Below, piece after piece: positions 1 through 12,584 of a stretch of DNA of 64,000 nucleotides. A program made the translations under genes and the position numbers. The number at the start of each line of letters is the position of its first letter. Positions within the stretch are counted from its first letter, which is position 1. Where the stretch lies: the NCBI RefSeq assembly GCF_902713615.1, contig NC_052160.1, forward strand, positions 95,776,493 through 95,840,492. The letters are read 5' to 3'. The notes under the pieces are model-generated. The model saw only the letters and a program-made list of their open reading frames with translations. It had not been told where the DNA came from and searched no databases. The stretch comes from Scyliorhinus canicula (lineage: Eukaryota).

Positions 1-1685
1 AAGATTATTATTAAGTGGTTATTGAGTTCCCACTTAAGAGCCTCAATGGTGGCGGAGGCGGAAAGACCAACCACAGGCCACATGGTGCTCACCCACATGC
101 CTCCCCCCCCCCCCCCCCCCCCCCCCCCCCCGCCATTAACTACCTGATTAATTGCCCTCCCTGCCTCCAAATACACGATCCAAATACACGACTGGAGAGA
201 GCAGAAGATTCCACCCTAGGTTTTAACTTCATTATGGGGGAAATTCATCTTTTAATAAGTCAGAAGTGCCAATTTTTCTGCAGCCTGTTAATTAAATTCT
301 GTTATCAAGAATTCTTTATTTCAAAATTATGCATTTTCCATTTTTGACGCAGAGTCCAGTTTGTTCATTTGGAAAATCTTGCATTTATGAAGTATGTAGT
401 TAACATGCTCTTTTGTAATTAATGCCTAATGTTATTGAGCTTTTCTCAACATTTGAATTAAGTTTCTTTTTGTAAACAGTTTACGGAACTGCCCTTTGCT
501 GAAATTTTTTTACTCTTTTCAATATTAAAAGTTAACAAACTCAATTGCTGCAGTTTAGATTTTGATTTGTGTACAGTATGTATGGATGGGATGGTGGCAC
601 ACTGGTTAGCACTGCTGCCTCACAGTGCCCGGGACATGAGTTTGATTCCAACCTTGGGTGACTGTTGGAGTTTGCACATTCTCCCCTTCTCTGCATGGGT
701 TTCCTCCCACAGTCATAAGAGGTGCTGGTTAGGTGGATTGATCCATGCTAAATTGCTCCGTAGTGTCCAGAGATGTATAGGTTAAGTAGCGGGGATGGAG
801 CAGGGGAGTGAGACTCAGTAGGGTGCTCTTTCGGAGGATCAATGTAGACGCAATAAGCTGAATGGCCTCCTCCTTCATTGTAGGGATTCTATGATTTTAT
901 GTAACTTGTTACAGAAGCAAACCTACCTTTTCCTCGAGGTCAGCAACTCCCAAGTCTTGACAGACCTCAGAATTTCTGTGCACACAGGAGTAGGCTGTGC
1001 TTGTGCAATTTAGTTGTTTTGACCGTGGACTGACCCTGGTCAAAATGGGAAAATGGCACGTAAAACCCAGATTGTGTGACCGGAAGATAAGATTCTCAGG
1101 TTGGCAGGGGAAAGGGAAAGGCCCCAGTTAAGTTTAAAAACAAAGAAAGAGGCTCAAAGTAGAAAAAGGGCTGTGGTTGGCAGACTAAATGGAGAGAGAT
1201 AAGGAGAAGCCCTGATGATGCAAGAAGGCAGCAGAAGGTTGGTGACTCTGAGCTGCGGCCTATTGATGCATAGGTAACCCTTTGGAGCAGTAGTATTCTG
1301 CTCGGCATGGCTAAAGAGCTGACGTTGGGCTTCAGTTGATGCTTGATGCATTTTCTTGAATCCAGAGGAACTTAGTCTCAGAAGGCAAATTTGATACACT
1401 GAGGTGTGCAGCCATTGAGGCTTTTTTGCGTTGGAATGGCTTGTGGAGAGAATTCCCAAGCAAGATCTTTTGAAGGCCAAGGCTGGAATCCATTGAGAGA
1501 GAGAAACCGAGTTTCTACACGATTGGTTGACTCAGTGTTTCCTGGCATCTGGATAGCTTGTTGAGAAATCCATGGACTCTGTCTTGGTCCATCTGCCATT
1601 TATCATGAAGTGCGGTGTGTTCAACCATAGTTTGCCAGTTAATTCATATGTAACTCGTATTAACTCTGAATGTTAAGAGTGTTAC

Positions 1686-1949
1686 AAAAGTCTACAAAAT
1701 TATGAGGGGCGTAGACAGAGTGGATAGTCAGAGGCTTTTTCCCAGGGTAGAGGGGTCAATTACTAGGGGGCATAGGTTTAAGGTGCGAGGGGCAAGGTTT
1801 AGAGGAGATGTACGAGGCAAGTGTTTTACACAGACGGTAGTGGGTGCCTGGAACTCTCTGCCAGAAGAGGTGGTGGAAGCAGGGACGATAGTGACGTTTA
1901 AGGGATATCTTGACAAATACACGAATAGGATGGGAATAGAGGGATACAT
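1686..1949 (+). mobile_element. CR1 LINE 3' fragment (continues at 6542-6640), split by Gypsy element 1
   Basis: MRGVDRVDSQRLFPRVEGSITRGHRFKVRG...FTQTVVGAWNSLP. The CR1 3' UTR resumes after the far LTR. Confidence 0.88.
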
Positions 1950-2230
1950 TGATGTACCATCAATTCGACTCAAGACACAATTAGGATCTGAACTGTGGCT
2001 TTAATCAGCTAGTTATTAGCCCGGTGGTCGACTACAGAGAATGGCTGACCGCCGAGAACTCTGGGTACTTATACCCCGCCTCGGAGGCGGGGCCTACTTG
2101 CCTGTCGACCAATTGGAGAGCAGTGACATGACTAGTCCCAACCAATCGGACGAGAGGCACATGACCAGCCAGAGCCAATGGGATACCAGTGCTCTGCACC
2201 AATGGCAATGCTCACATCCATACCACCACA
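1950..2230 (-). repeat. 3' LTR of Gypsy element 1
   Basis: Direct repeat of 6265-6541. Adjacent polypurine tract (minus strand aaggggtgaa). Confidence 0.92.
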
Positions 2231-5200
2231 TTCACCCCTTGTGGAGAAAGAAGGCGGGGGGGGGGAGTGTAAGTGGGAGAGAGAGAGGTGGGGGGGGGGG
2301 GTCCGAGGACTGGTGGTATGAGCAACGAAAATCGATAAGGATGGGCTGCCCACTGGCTCATGGCAAAACAATACTACTACTACTAACAACAGAGTAACAC
2401 AAAATGCCCAAAAAAAGTCCCATGGCCGCATCAGATGGGCACGATCAGCCTGTCGGGTGCCCGTGGTGTTCTGGAGGACCGTCGCAGTGGAGCCGGTGAC
2501 GTCGGGCTGATGGTCGTCCTTGCCTCCGGGAGCGTTGGTCGTAGATGTGTCTCCGTACCCTGGGCCGGTGGTGGAGACGCTGTAATCGGGGAAGAGGGGG
2601 GATGTGCGCTGGATCGTGGGGGTGCAGGGGGGAATTGGGGTTGGGGGGGGAGGTGTTGATGTAGGGGGAGAAGGCCGCACGCCGGCAGGTGCCAGGTCCC
2701 GAAGAGACTATCCTGCCGACTGCCGGGATACTCCACGTACGCATACTGTGGGTTGGCATGGAGTAACTGGACTCGCTCAACCAACGGGTCGGACTTGTGC
2801 ACCCGCACATGCTTCCGGAGCAAGATGGGCCCGGGGGTGGCCAGCCAGGTCGGGAGAGGGGATCCTGAGGACGACTTCCTGGGGAAAACAAGAAAACGTT
2901 CATGAGGTGTTTGATTAGTGGTAGTGCAGAGGAGAGGGCGGGGCGTCGGGGATGACCTCTTGCCAACGGGGGATAGGGAGATCTCTGGACCGTAGGGCCA
3001 GCAGGATGGTCTTCCAAATGGTGCCATTCTCCCGCTCGACCTGACCGTTACCCCGGGGGTAAAAACTGGTCGTCCTGCTAGAGGCTATGCACCTGCTGAG
3101 CAGGAATTGACACAGTGCGTCGCTCATAAAGGAGGATCCCTGGTCCCTGTGGATGTACGCGGGGTAACCGAACAGGGAGAAGATGGATAGGATGGCCTTT
3201 ATGACGGTTGTCGTGGTCATGTCGGGACAGGGAATGGCGAAAGGGAAGCGGGAGTATTCGTCGATAACACTCAAGAAATAAGTGTAACAGTTGGTGGAGG
3301 GGAGGGGGCCCTTGAAGTCTATACTGAGACGTTCAAAGCGGCAGGATGCCTTGATCAGATGCGCTCGTTCGGGGCGGTAGAAGTGTGGTTTGCACTCGGC
3401 GCAGACGTGGCAGTCCCTGGTGACTGTCCTGACTTCCTCGACGGAGTAGGGCAGGTTGCGGGTCTTAATAAAATGGTAAAAACGAGCTTCCCAGGATGAT
3501 ACAAGCTATCGTAGTTGTACGTGGACAACTCGATCGGCCACCGCAAGATCTTGTCGTTCTTGATCTTGCCCCTCTGTGCATTATCGAACATGAAAGCTAC
3601 TGACAGTTGGTCTGTGAGGAGGGTAAACCTCCTGCCGGCCAGATAGTGCCTCCAATCTCGCACAGCTTCGACTATGGCCTGTGCCTCCTTTTCCACCGAG
3701 GTATGGCGGATTTCGGAAGCGTGGAGGGTTCGTGAAAAGAAGGCCATGGGTCTGCCCGCTTGGTTCAGGGTGGCCGCCAGAGCTACGTCAGACGCGTCAC
3801 TCTCGACCTGGAATGGGAGGGACTCGTCGATAGCAAGCATCGTGGCCTTTGCGATATCAGCTTTGATGCGGCTAAAGGCCTGGCGGGCCTCCATCGACAG
3901 GGGAAAGGATGAGGGGGCGGGCTTTGTCTGCGTAGTTGGGGACCCACTGGGCGTAGTACGAGAAGAAGCCCAGGCAGTGTTTGAGGGAGTTGGGGAGAGG
4001 CAATTCCATCAGGGGGCGCATGCGTTCGGGATCGGGGCCTATCACTCCGTTACGCACTACGTAGCCAAGGATGGCTAGATGGTCGGTGCTAAACATGCAC
4101 TTATCCTTATTGTATGTTAAATTAAGGAGTTTTGCAGTTCGGAGGACTTTTTGGAGGTTGATGTCGTGGTCCTGCTGGTCGTGGCCGCAGATGGTGACGT
4201 TATCGAGATACGGGAAGGTGGCCCGTAAACTGTGCTTGTCGACCATTCGGTCCATCTCCCGTTGGAAGACCGAGACTCCATTTGTGACACCGAATGGAAC
4301 CCTGAGGAAGTGGTAGAGGTGCCCATCTGCCTCAAACGCGGTGTACTTTCGGTCACTCGCGCGGATGGGGAGCTGGTGGTAGGCGGACTTAAGGTCCACC
4401 GTGGAGAAGACTTTGTACTTCGCGATCCTGTTAACCAGGTCGGAAATACGGGGGAGAGGATACGCGTCCAGCTGCGTAAACCTGTTGATGGTCTGACTGT
4501 AATCAATGACCATCCGGTTTTTCTCCCCAGTCCGAACTACCAGCACTTGGGCTCGCCAGGGACTGTTGCTGGCCTCGATAACTCCTTCCTTAAGGAGCCT
4601 CTGGACCTCGGACCCGATGAAGGTCCGGTCCTGGGCACTGTATCGTCTGCTCCTAGTGGGTGACAGGTTTACAATCTGGGGTGAGATTAGCAAACAAGGA
4701 AGGGGGGTCCACTTTGAGGGACGCGAGGCTGCAAACAGTAAGAGGAGGAATAGAGCCGCCGAATTGAAAGGTCAAGCTCTGCAGGTTGCACTGCAAATCC
4801 AGGCCCAAGAGTGCCGGAGCGCAGAGACGGGGGAGAATGAGGAGTTTGAAGTTTTTGAAAACCCTCCCCTGGACCGTGAGGTCCGCTATGCAGCACCCGG
4901 TGATTTGGACGGAGTGCGAACCTGAGGCCAATTCAGTTTTATGTTTAACTGGATGGATGGGGAGCGCGCAGCGTCTTACCGTGTCGGGGTGGACGAAACT
5001 TTCCGTGCTCCCGGAGTCCAGCAGGCACCTCGTTTTGTGTCCGTTGAGCTGAACCGTTGTCGTAGTCTTGGCGAGCGTGCGTGGTCGCGACTGGTCGAGT
5101 TTGATGGAAGCCAGTCGTGGTGAGAGTTCCAGATCATCCTCATTGGCAGAGTAATCGCTTACAGGGCCTTCCGTGTTGGCCCAAGATGGCGGCGCCCAGG

Positions 5201-6264
5201 TCCCGCACGTGGAGCTGGGGCCCCAAAATGGCGGCGGTCGTGGCCCGCACATGGCGTCCGGGATCCAAGATGGCGGCACCCTTGGGAGCCTCGTGGCGGC
5301 TGGGGACAGTGTCAGCGGCGTCTGCGGTCCAGTCGGGGTGGCTAGGAGCGAGGGTCGGGAGGACCGTGGGGCCGTTGCGGGGGCCGGGAGGTGGGCCAGA
5401 GAGGTTGGTGCGCGGCACGGGGCCCTGGGGGGACCCGGGGGGGGGCAATCCGCGGTCGCTGCGCGGAACAGCAGTGACCGACTTGGTCTGGCAGACCACC
5501 GCGTAGTGGCCCTTCTTCCCGCAGCTCTTACACAGAGCGGAGCGGGCCGGGCAGCGCGGGCGGGGGTGCTCTGAGAGGCCACAGAAATAGCAACGGGGCC
5601 CCGCTAGTTTGTTGGAGCGACCCGCAGCGCAGGCTTGGGGGGGTCGGGGTCCACGGAGGACGGGGGTGGCGCGTGCCAAAAAGTCCAGGGGGTTGCTGCG
5701 GGGCCGGGGGCCTATGCACGGGCGTTCAGGTCAGCAATCTCCAGGGAGGTTGCAAGGGTCCGTGCCTCACCTAGGCTGAGGGCGTTCTTCTCCAGCAATC
5801 ATTGGCGGATAGAAGGGGACTGCATGCCAGCAACGTAAGCATCTCTGATTAAAAGTTCCATGTGCTCAGTCGCCGAAACTTGGAGACATGCGCACGTTCT
5901 CCCTAGAGCTGCGAGGGCCTGGTAAAACTCATCGAGGGACTCACCAGGGAACTGTTGTCTAGTCGTCAGGCGATGCCGTGCGTATACTTCGTTGACCGGC
6001 CGGAGAAAGTGTCCTTTGAGAATCTCCATGGCCGCATCAAAGTTGCCTTCGTCCTCCATCATTGCGTAGACCGCTGTGCACACGCACGAGTGGAGGATGT
6101 GGAGTTTCTGCTCCTTGGTGGGTTTGCCGGCTGCAGTCGTCAGGTAACTATTAAAACACGCCTGCCAATGTTTAATGATTGCAGACGCATTTGCAGCATG
6201 CGGGCTGGTGCGGAGGCAGTCAGGCTTGATGCGAAGCGTTTTCCAAAATTCTAGCTGATTAAAT

Positions 6265-6541
6265 TGATGTACCATCAATTCGACTCAAGACACAATTAGG
6301 ATCCGAACTGTGGCTTTAATCAGCTAGTTGTTAGCCTGGTGGTCGACTACAGAGAATGGCTGACCGCCGAGAACTCTGGGTACTTATACCCCGCCTCAGA
6401 GGCGGGGCCTACTTGCCTGTCGACCAATTAGAGAACAGTCACATGACTAGTCCCAAACAATCGGACGAGACATGACCAGCCAGAGCCAATGGGAAGCCAG
6501 TGCTCTGCACCAATGGCAGTGCTCATATCCATACCACCACA
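6265..6541 (-). repeat. 5' LTR of Gypsy element 1
   Basis: Direct repeat of 1950-2230, immediately followed on the minus strand by gag. Confidence 0.92.
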
Positions 6542-9000
6542 TACGGACCTCGGAAGTGCAGAAGATTTTAGTTTAGACGGGCAGCATGGTTGGCACAGGC
6601 TTGGAGGACCGAAGGGCCTGTTCCTGTGCTGTACGTTTCTTTGTTCTTTGCACTATAAAACAGATACTATAAATCATTTTATAACTATATGTCAGGAAGG
6701 AATCTTTTTTAAAGTTTTAAGTCTAGTTTCCTTAAGTTTTTATACTTTTTTTGCACTTTCAGACAGTACAAATAGTCTTTACTTGCTGTGTAAATTCTTT
6801 TCTTCCTGTCTGCTCTACGTTTGTTAACTGCCTTAAATTAATCCTCTAGTTACTAAGCCTTCTGCCACTGAAAAATGTTTTCTCCTTTATTTACTTTATT
6901 ATCCTTATTTTGAGCACATTTATAAAGTCTCACCTTAACCTTCATTAAGGAGAAACCTAGTTTCTATCACCTCCCATGTAACTGAAGCCTTTCATCTTTG
7001 GTGCCATTGCAGTATATTTTCTATACATCCTCTCTGAGGCCTGGACATTCTTCCTAAAATGATTCTTTGTATTATACTCTGCCTTTTAGTTACAAATCTG
7101 TTTTCCTTTTTCACATCCGTCTCAAGTACTTTCAAAGACTTGTGAATGCACACACCTGGCGCAGGATATTTCTGCTGGCTTCTGAACTTGGCCATCTGGC
7201 CCAAATGTCACTCGCCTCTGGATTTTCTCCAGGTTTATCAATTATGGTTAGAGGGCAAACATGCCAACCAATTAAGACTGGCTTGCAGCCTCTCAAAGCT
7301 GGAGGGCCAGTCAAAGGCCTTTCAGCTTGACAATAGCAGCAGGATGTGGCAAGTAAATGAGGGAGAGGGCACTCCAAACTGGAGGCACCCTTTACATCAT
7401 TTACAAATTAAACATTTTAAATGACCTTTGCAACAGGGCCATACATTGGTTGGTGACGAGAGGGAGGAAGGTTGGGCGAACCCCCCCTCCCACCGGGTGA
7501 CCTGGTACTGCACCCAGGCAAGTGGGGGCAACCTCTAAATTTGCCTAGAGTGCTGCACCCCCCCCCCCCCCCCCCAACCTGGTCTACCACAGGGAGGCTG
7601 CATCAAGGCAGCTAAACTGTCCCCAGCTGCCTGCAAGGACCTAGAGGCTGACTGGAAAGTCCCAGCCAGTCGCTTTCAAATAAGTAGTTTTTATCAAGCT
7701 TAATCGGCTACCTGCAGTGAGCGGGTGAGTAGAACTGCTGCACCCTGATCGCAGCTCTGGGGAAAAATGGCAAACGGGTGTGATGGAGCCTGGATACCAC
7801 TAGTTTTAGCAACAAACCATCTCCATTCCTGGTCCCACTAGAGTGAAAAATCCTCCCTCATATTTTGCATTGCCTCCGAGACATTCTTCCTGTGAAAATG
7901 AATCACCTCAGACCTGAAAGCTCATCTATGATTTGTCTGCCCATTTCCCCGGTCTGTCTCTTTCCCCAGTTACTCTCCTCCCTGATGAACATCAATCGAA
8001 CGCGAGACGAGTTGCTGTACAAAAGTTAGGCTTTAATAAGCTAGAAGTTAGCCCTGCGGTCGACTACAGTAAATGGACGACCGCCGGGCGTTCTGGGTAT
8101 TTATACCTCGCTCTGGAGGCGGGGTTAAATCAGCCTCTCGACCAATCGGAGAGTCGTCACATGACTGGTCTCAACCAATCGGTCGAGAGGCACATGACCG
8201 ACCAGGGCCAATGGTAAGCCAGTGTTCTGCACCAATGGCAGACAGCTATGCAAATCATACCACCACATTCACCCCTTGCGGAGAAAGAAGCCGGGGGGGG
8301 GGGGGGGATATCAACGAGAGCCGGGGGGGAGAGAACTGGTGGTATGCATAGCAGCCAGAGAAGGGAGAGAAAACATTTTGGCTTCCCACTGGCCCAGGCA
8401 ATTAACAATAGTACATATTGTCCCAACAAGGTCCATGGAGTTGTTGTAAATTAAATAGACTCGATCAGCCTTTTCGTGGCCCGTGACGTTCTGGCAGACC
8501 GCCGCAGTGGAGCTGGTGACATTGGTTCAGCCGATGGTGGTGGTTCCGCTGATGTCCTGGAGTCCGGGAGCGATGGTCCTTGAACAGTCTCTGTCACCCG
8601 GGCTGGTGGTGGAGACTCCATAGATGAGGAAGGGGTAGCCTGGGTGGGGTGCTGGGGGAAAAAAAACGGGGGGGGGGGGGGGTCTGTGGTGAAGGGGGGG
8701 AAGGCCGCACGCCGGCGGGTGCCAGGTCCCGGAGGGAGACCATGTCCTGCCGACCGTCGGGGTACTCCACATACACATACTGCGGGTTAGCGTGGAGTAA
8801 CTGGACTTGTTCCACCAACGGGTCGGACTTGTGCACCCGCACATGCTTCCGGAGCAAGATGGGCCCGGAGGTGGCCAGCCACGTCGGGAGCGGGGATCCT
8901 GAAGAAGACTTCCTAGGGAAGATAAGAAGACGTTCGTGAGGTGTTTGGTTAGTGGCAGTTCAGAGGAGTGACCAAATTGAATGGAGGGCGTCTGGGAGTA

Positions 9001-10216
9001 GGATGTGTTCTCCATGGAGAAGGATGTGTTCTACATGGAGCAGGATGAGTTCTCCATGGAGCAGGATGTGTTCTACATGGAGCAGGATGTGTTCTCCATG
9101 GAACAGGATGTGTTCTCCATGGAGCAGGATGTGTTCTCCATGGAGAAGGATGTGTTCTACATGGAGCAGGATGTGTTCTCCATGGTGCAGGATGTGTTCT
9201 CCATGGAGCAGGATGTGTTCTCCATGATGCAGGATGTGTTCTCCATGGAGCAGGATGTGTTCTCCATGGAGCAGGATGTGTTCTACATGGAGCAGGATGT
9301 GTTCTCCATGGTGCAGGATGTGTTCTCCATGGTGCAGGATGTGTTCTCCATGGAGCAGGATGTGTTCTCCATGGTGCAGGGTGTGTTCTACATGGAGCAG
9401 GATGTGTTCTCTATGGTGCAGAATGTGTTCTACATGGTGCAGGATGTGTTCTCCATGGAGCAGGATGTGTTCTCCATGGAGCAAGGTGTGTTCTCCATGG
9501 AGCAGGATGTGTTCTCCATGGAGCAGGATGTGTTCTCCATGGAGCAGGATGTGTTCTCCATGGAGCAGGATGTGTTCTCCATGGTGCAGGATGTGTTCTC
9601 CATGGTGCAGGATGTGTTCTACATGGAGCAGGATGTGTTCTCCATGGTGCAGAATGTGTTCTACATGGTGCAGGATGTGTTCTCCATGGAGCAGGATGTG
9701 TTCTCCATGGAGCAGGATGTGTTCTACATGGAGCAGGATGTGTTCTCCATGGAGCAGGATGTGTTCTCCATGGTGCAGGATGTGTTCTCCATGGAGCAGG
9801 ATGTGTTCTACATGGAGCAGCATGTATTCTCCATGGAGCAAGATGTGTTCTCCATGGAGCAGGATGTGTTCTCCATGGTGCAGGATGTGTTCTCCATGGA
9901 GCAGGATGTGTTCTCTATGGTGCAGGGTGTGTTCTACATGGAGCAGGATGTGTTCTCCATGGAGCAGGATGTGTTCTCCATGGAGCAGGATGTGTTCTCC
10001 ATGGAGCAGGATGTGTTCTCCATGGAGCAGGATGTGTTCTCCATGGAGCAGGATGTGTTCTCCATGGTGCAGGATGTGTTCTCCATGGAGCAGGATGTGT
10101 TCTCCATGGTGCAGGATGTGTTCTCCATGATGCAGGATGTGTTCTCCATGGTGCAGGGTGTGTTCTACATGGTGCAGGATGTGTTCTACATGGTGCAGGG
10201 TGTGTTCTCCATGTGT
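9001..10216. repeat. 21-bp tandem array (atggagcaggatgtgttctcc)n, about 58 copies
   Basis: Directly visible. Variation is limited to a few positions (tcc/tac, gag/gtg, gat/ggt). Produces the repetitive ORFs (MEQDVFS)n, (HGEHILL)n and (MCSPWSR)n. Confidence 0.97.
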
Positions 10217-10592
10217 TAATTTCTAGTGCATTGTAATGATTGAGTCAGTGCACTAAAGAACGTCTCGTTTGTGACTAATTTAGATTTATTAAATTAAAAT
10301 AACGTGTGTCAAAAACAATACTAATACTGCTAATGAACTGTAAATTGTTAACAACTAGAATACGAGAGCTAATACAAAACACGACTATCCACAATGACTC
10401 CTCACTCAGACTCCCCGAGGTTGCAGTGCTATGTGGTGTAGTTCTACTGCCACCTGCTGGTTGGAGGTTTAACAATTTAACATACAGAATTGCTTCTGTA
10501 TATCATTACTTCCTCAATTTTAGATTTTAACAAAAATACAATATGCATCATTTCAACCAATTATCAAACATATGATAACAATTCAAATTATT

Positions 10593-10778
10593 GGACTTCC
10601 GGTTGTGGTGATGCGGAGCTAAGCCACACGTTCCCGCTATTAAAGGACTTTCAGGCCTGTTTTAGGGCCCCAAACAGAGCTGTTTCGACGTTTCCCGGTG
10701 GGGGAAGGTGTTTGGAGAAACATTCCCGGAAGTTTATGGTGCGTACCCGGAGTGGGGCAAAGGAAAAGGCTGCAGCAG
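10593..10778 (+). mobile_element. 5' end (UTR and ORF1 start) of an L1/Tx1-like LINE, cut by the internal LTR
   Basis: CpG-rich ggacttccggttgtggtgatgcggagc... leader leading to ATG at 10736 (MVRTRSGAKEKAAA), ending exactly at the LTR. Assigned by pattern recognition only. Confidence 0.5.
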
Positions 10779-11049
10779 TGATGAACCATCAATTCAACGC
10801 GAGACGTGTTGCTGTACAATAGTAAGGCTTTAATAAGCTAGATGTTAGCCCTGCGGTCGACTACAGTAAATGGACGACCGCCGGACGTACTGGGTATTTA
10901 TACCCGTTAACTCAGCCTCTCGACCAATCGGGGAGCCGTCACATGACTGGTCTCAACCAATCGGTCGAGAGGCACATGACCGACCAGGGCCAATGGTAAG
11001 CCGATGTCCTGCACCAATGGCAGGCAGCTATGTTAATCATACCACCACA
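10779..11049 (-). repeat. Internal LTR of a related Gypsy subfamily
   Basis: TG...CA. Similar to the outer LTRs but with many substitutions and a ~16-bp deletion. Has its own polypurine tract. Confidence 0.9.
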
Positions 11050-12242
11050 TTCACCCCTTGCGGAGAAAGAAGCCGGGGGGGGGGGGGGGGGGGGGGACGG
11101 TGTCAACGAGAGCTGGGGGGGGGGGAGAAATGGTGGTATGAGTGGTAAGGAGAGAAAAAAAAAATGTATCCTTGGCTTCCCACTGGCCCAAACATTTAGC
11201 AACAGTACATAGTGTCCATACAAGGTCCATGGTGGTGTTGAAGTTAAATGGACTCGATCAGCCTTTCCGTTGCCCGTGACGTCCTGGCAGACCGCCGCAG
11301 GGGCGTTGGTGACGTTGGTTCAGCTGATGGTGGTGGTTCAGCTGATGTCCTGGACTCCGGGAGCGATGGTCCTTGAACTGTCTCCATACCCCGGGCTGGT
11401 GATGGAGACGCCATGGATGGGGAAGGGATGGCCTGGGTGGGGCGCTGGGGGAAAAGGGGCAGGGGGAGGGTCTGTGGTGAAGGGGGGGAAGGCCGCACGC
11501 CGGCGGGTGCCAGGTCCCGGAGGGAGACCGTGTCCTGCCGACCGTCGGGGTACTCCACATACGCATACTGCGGGTTAGCGTGGAGTAACTGGACTTGTTC
11601 CACCAACGGGTCGGACTTGTGCACCCGCACATGCTTCCGGAGCAAGATGGGTTCGGGGGCGGCCAGCCACGTCGGGAGAGGGGATCCGGAGGACGACTTC
11701 CTGGGGAAAACAAGAAGACGTTCATGAGGTGTCTGATTTGTTGTGGTGCAGAGGAGTGAGCGGATAGAATGTAGGGCATCGGGGATAACCTCTTGCCATC
11801 GGGAAATAGGGAGATCTCTGGACCGGAGGGCCAGTAGTATGGTCTTCCAGATGGTACCGTTCTCCCGCTCGACCTGCCCATTACCCCGAGGGTTATAGCT
11901 GGTCGTCCTGCTAGAGGCAATGCCACTGTTGAGCAGGAATTGACGCAGCTTGTCGCTCAAAAATGAGGACCCCCGATCGCTATGTATGTATGCGGGGTAG
12001 TCGAACAGGGAGAAGATGGAGAGGAGGGCCTTAATGACGGTCGATGTGGTCATGTCGAGGCAGGGAATGGCAAAGGGGAAGCGGGAGTATTCGTCGATTA
12101 CCGCCAGGAAGTAAATGCGGTTGCTAGAGGGAAGGGGCCCCTTGAAGTCAATGCTGAGTCGTTCGAAGGGATGGGATGCTTTGCTCAGATGAGCGCGCTC
12201 GGGGCGGTAGAAGTGCGGTTTGTGGATGTGGCAGTCACGGGT

Positions 12243-12584
12243 TAGAACATAGAACAGTACAGCACAGAACAGGCCCTTCGGCCCTCGATGTTGTGCTGAG
12301 CCATGATCACCCTACTCAAACCCACGTAACCACCCTATACCCGTAACCCAATAACCCCCCCTTAACCTTACTTTATTAGGACACTACGGGCAATTTAGCA
12401 TGGCCAATCCACCTAACCCGCACATCTTTGGACTGTGGGAGGAAATCGGAGCACCCGGAGGAAACCCACGCACACACGGGGAGGACGTGCAGACTCCGCA
12501 CAGACAGTGACCCAGCCGGGAATCGAACCTGGGACCCTGGAGCTGTGAAGCATTTATGCTAACCACCGTGCTACCCTGCTGCCC
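12243..12584 (-). mobile_element. HE1-like tRNA-derived SINE inserted in the Gypsy integrase
   Basis: Head gggcagcagggtagc with B box ggttcgattcc and a (ctatgtt)n tail. Near-identical to the copy at 47101-47446. Confidence 0.9.

Larger units (their letters stand above)
1950..6541 (-). mobile_element. Ty3/Gypsy LTR retrotransposon (element 1), full length but frameshifted
   Basis: LTRs at 1950-2230 and 6265-6541 (TG...CA, about 95% identical by eye). Gag has two zinc knuckles (CYFCGLSEHPRPRC, CKSCGKKGHYAVVC). Also present: protease LLDSGSTESF, RT YLDN, RNase H VESDASDVAL, integrase VIDEYSRFPF/RDQGSSF/NGQVERENG, and a polypurine tract next to the 3' LTR. Imperfect flanks TACAT/TACGG. Inserted in a CR1 3' end. 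Confidence 0.95.

Noticed and set aside
588-660. SINE heads as tRNA genes
   Set aside because: The A/B-box heads continue into the SINE body and LINE-derived tail and do not form a full cloverleaf.
9005-10219. 404-aa, 298-aa and 293-aa ORFs as real proteins, or the array as a CRISPR
   Set aside because: They arise from a 21-bp stop-free tandem unit. There are no unique spacers, no cas genes, and the DNA is eukaryotic.
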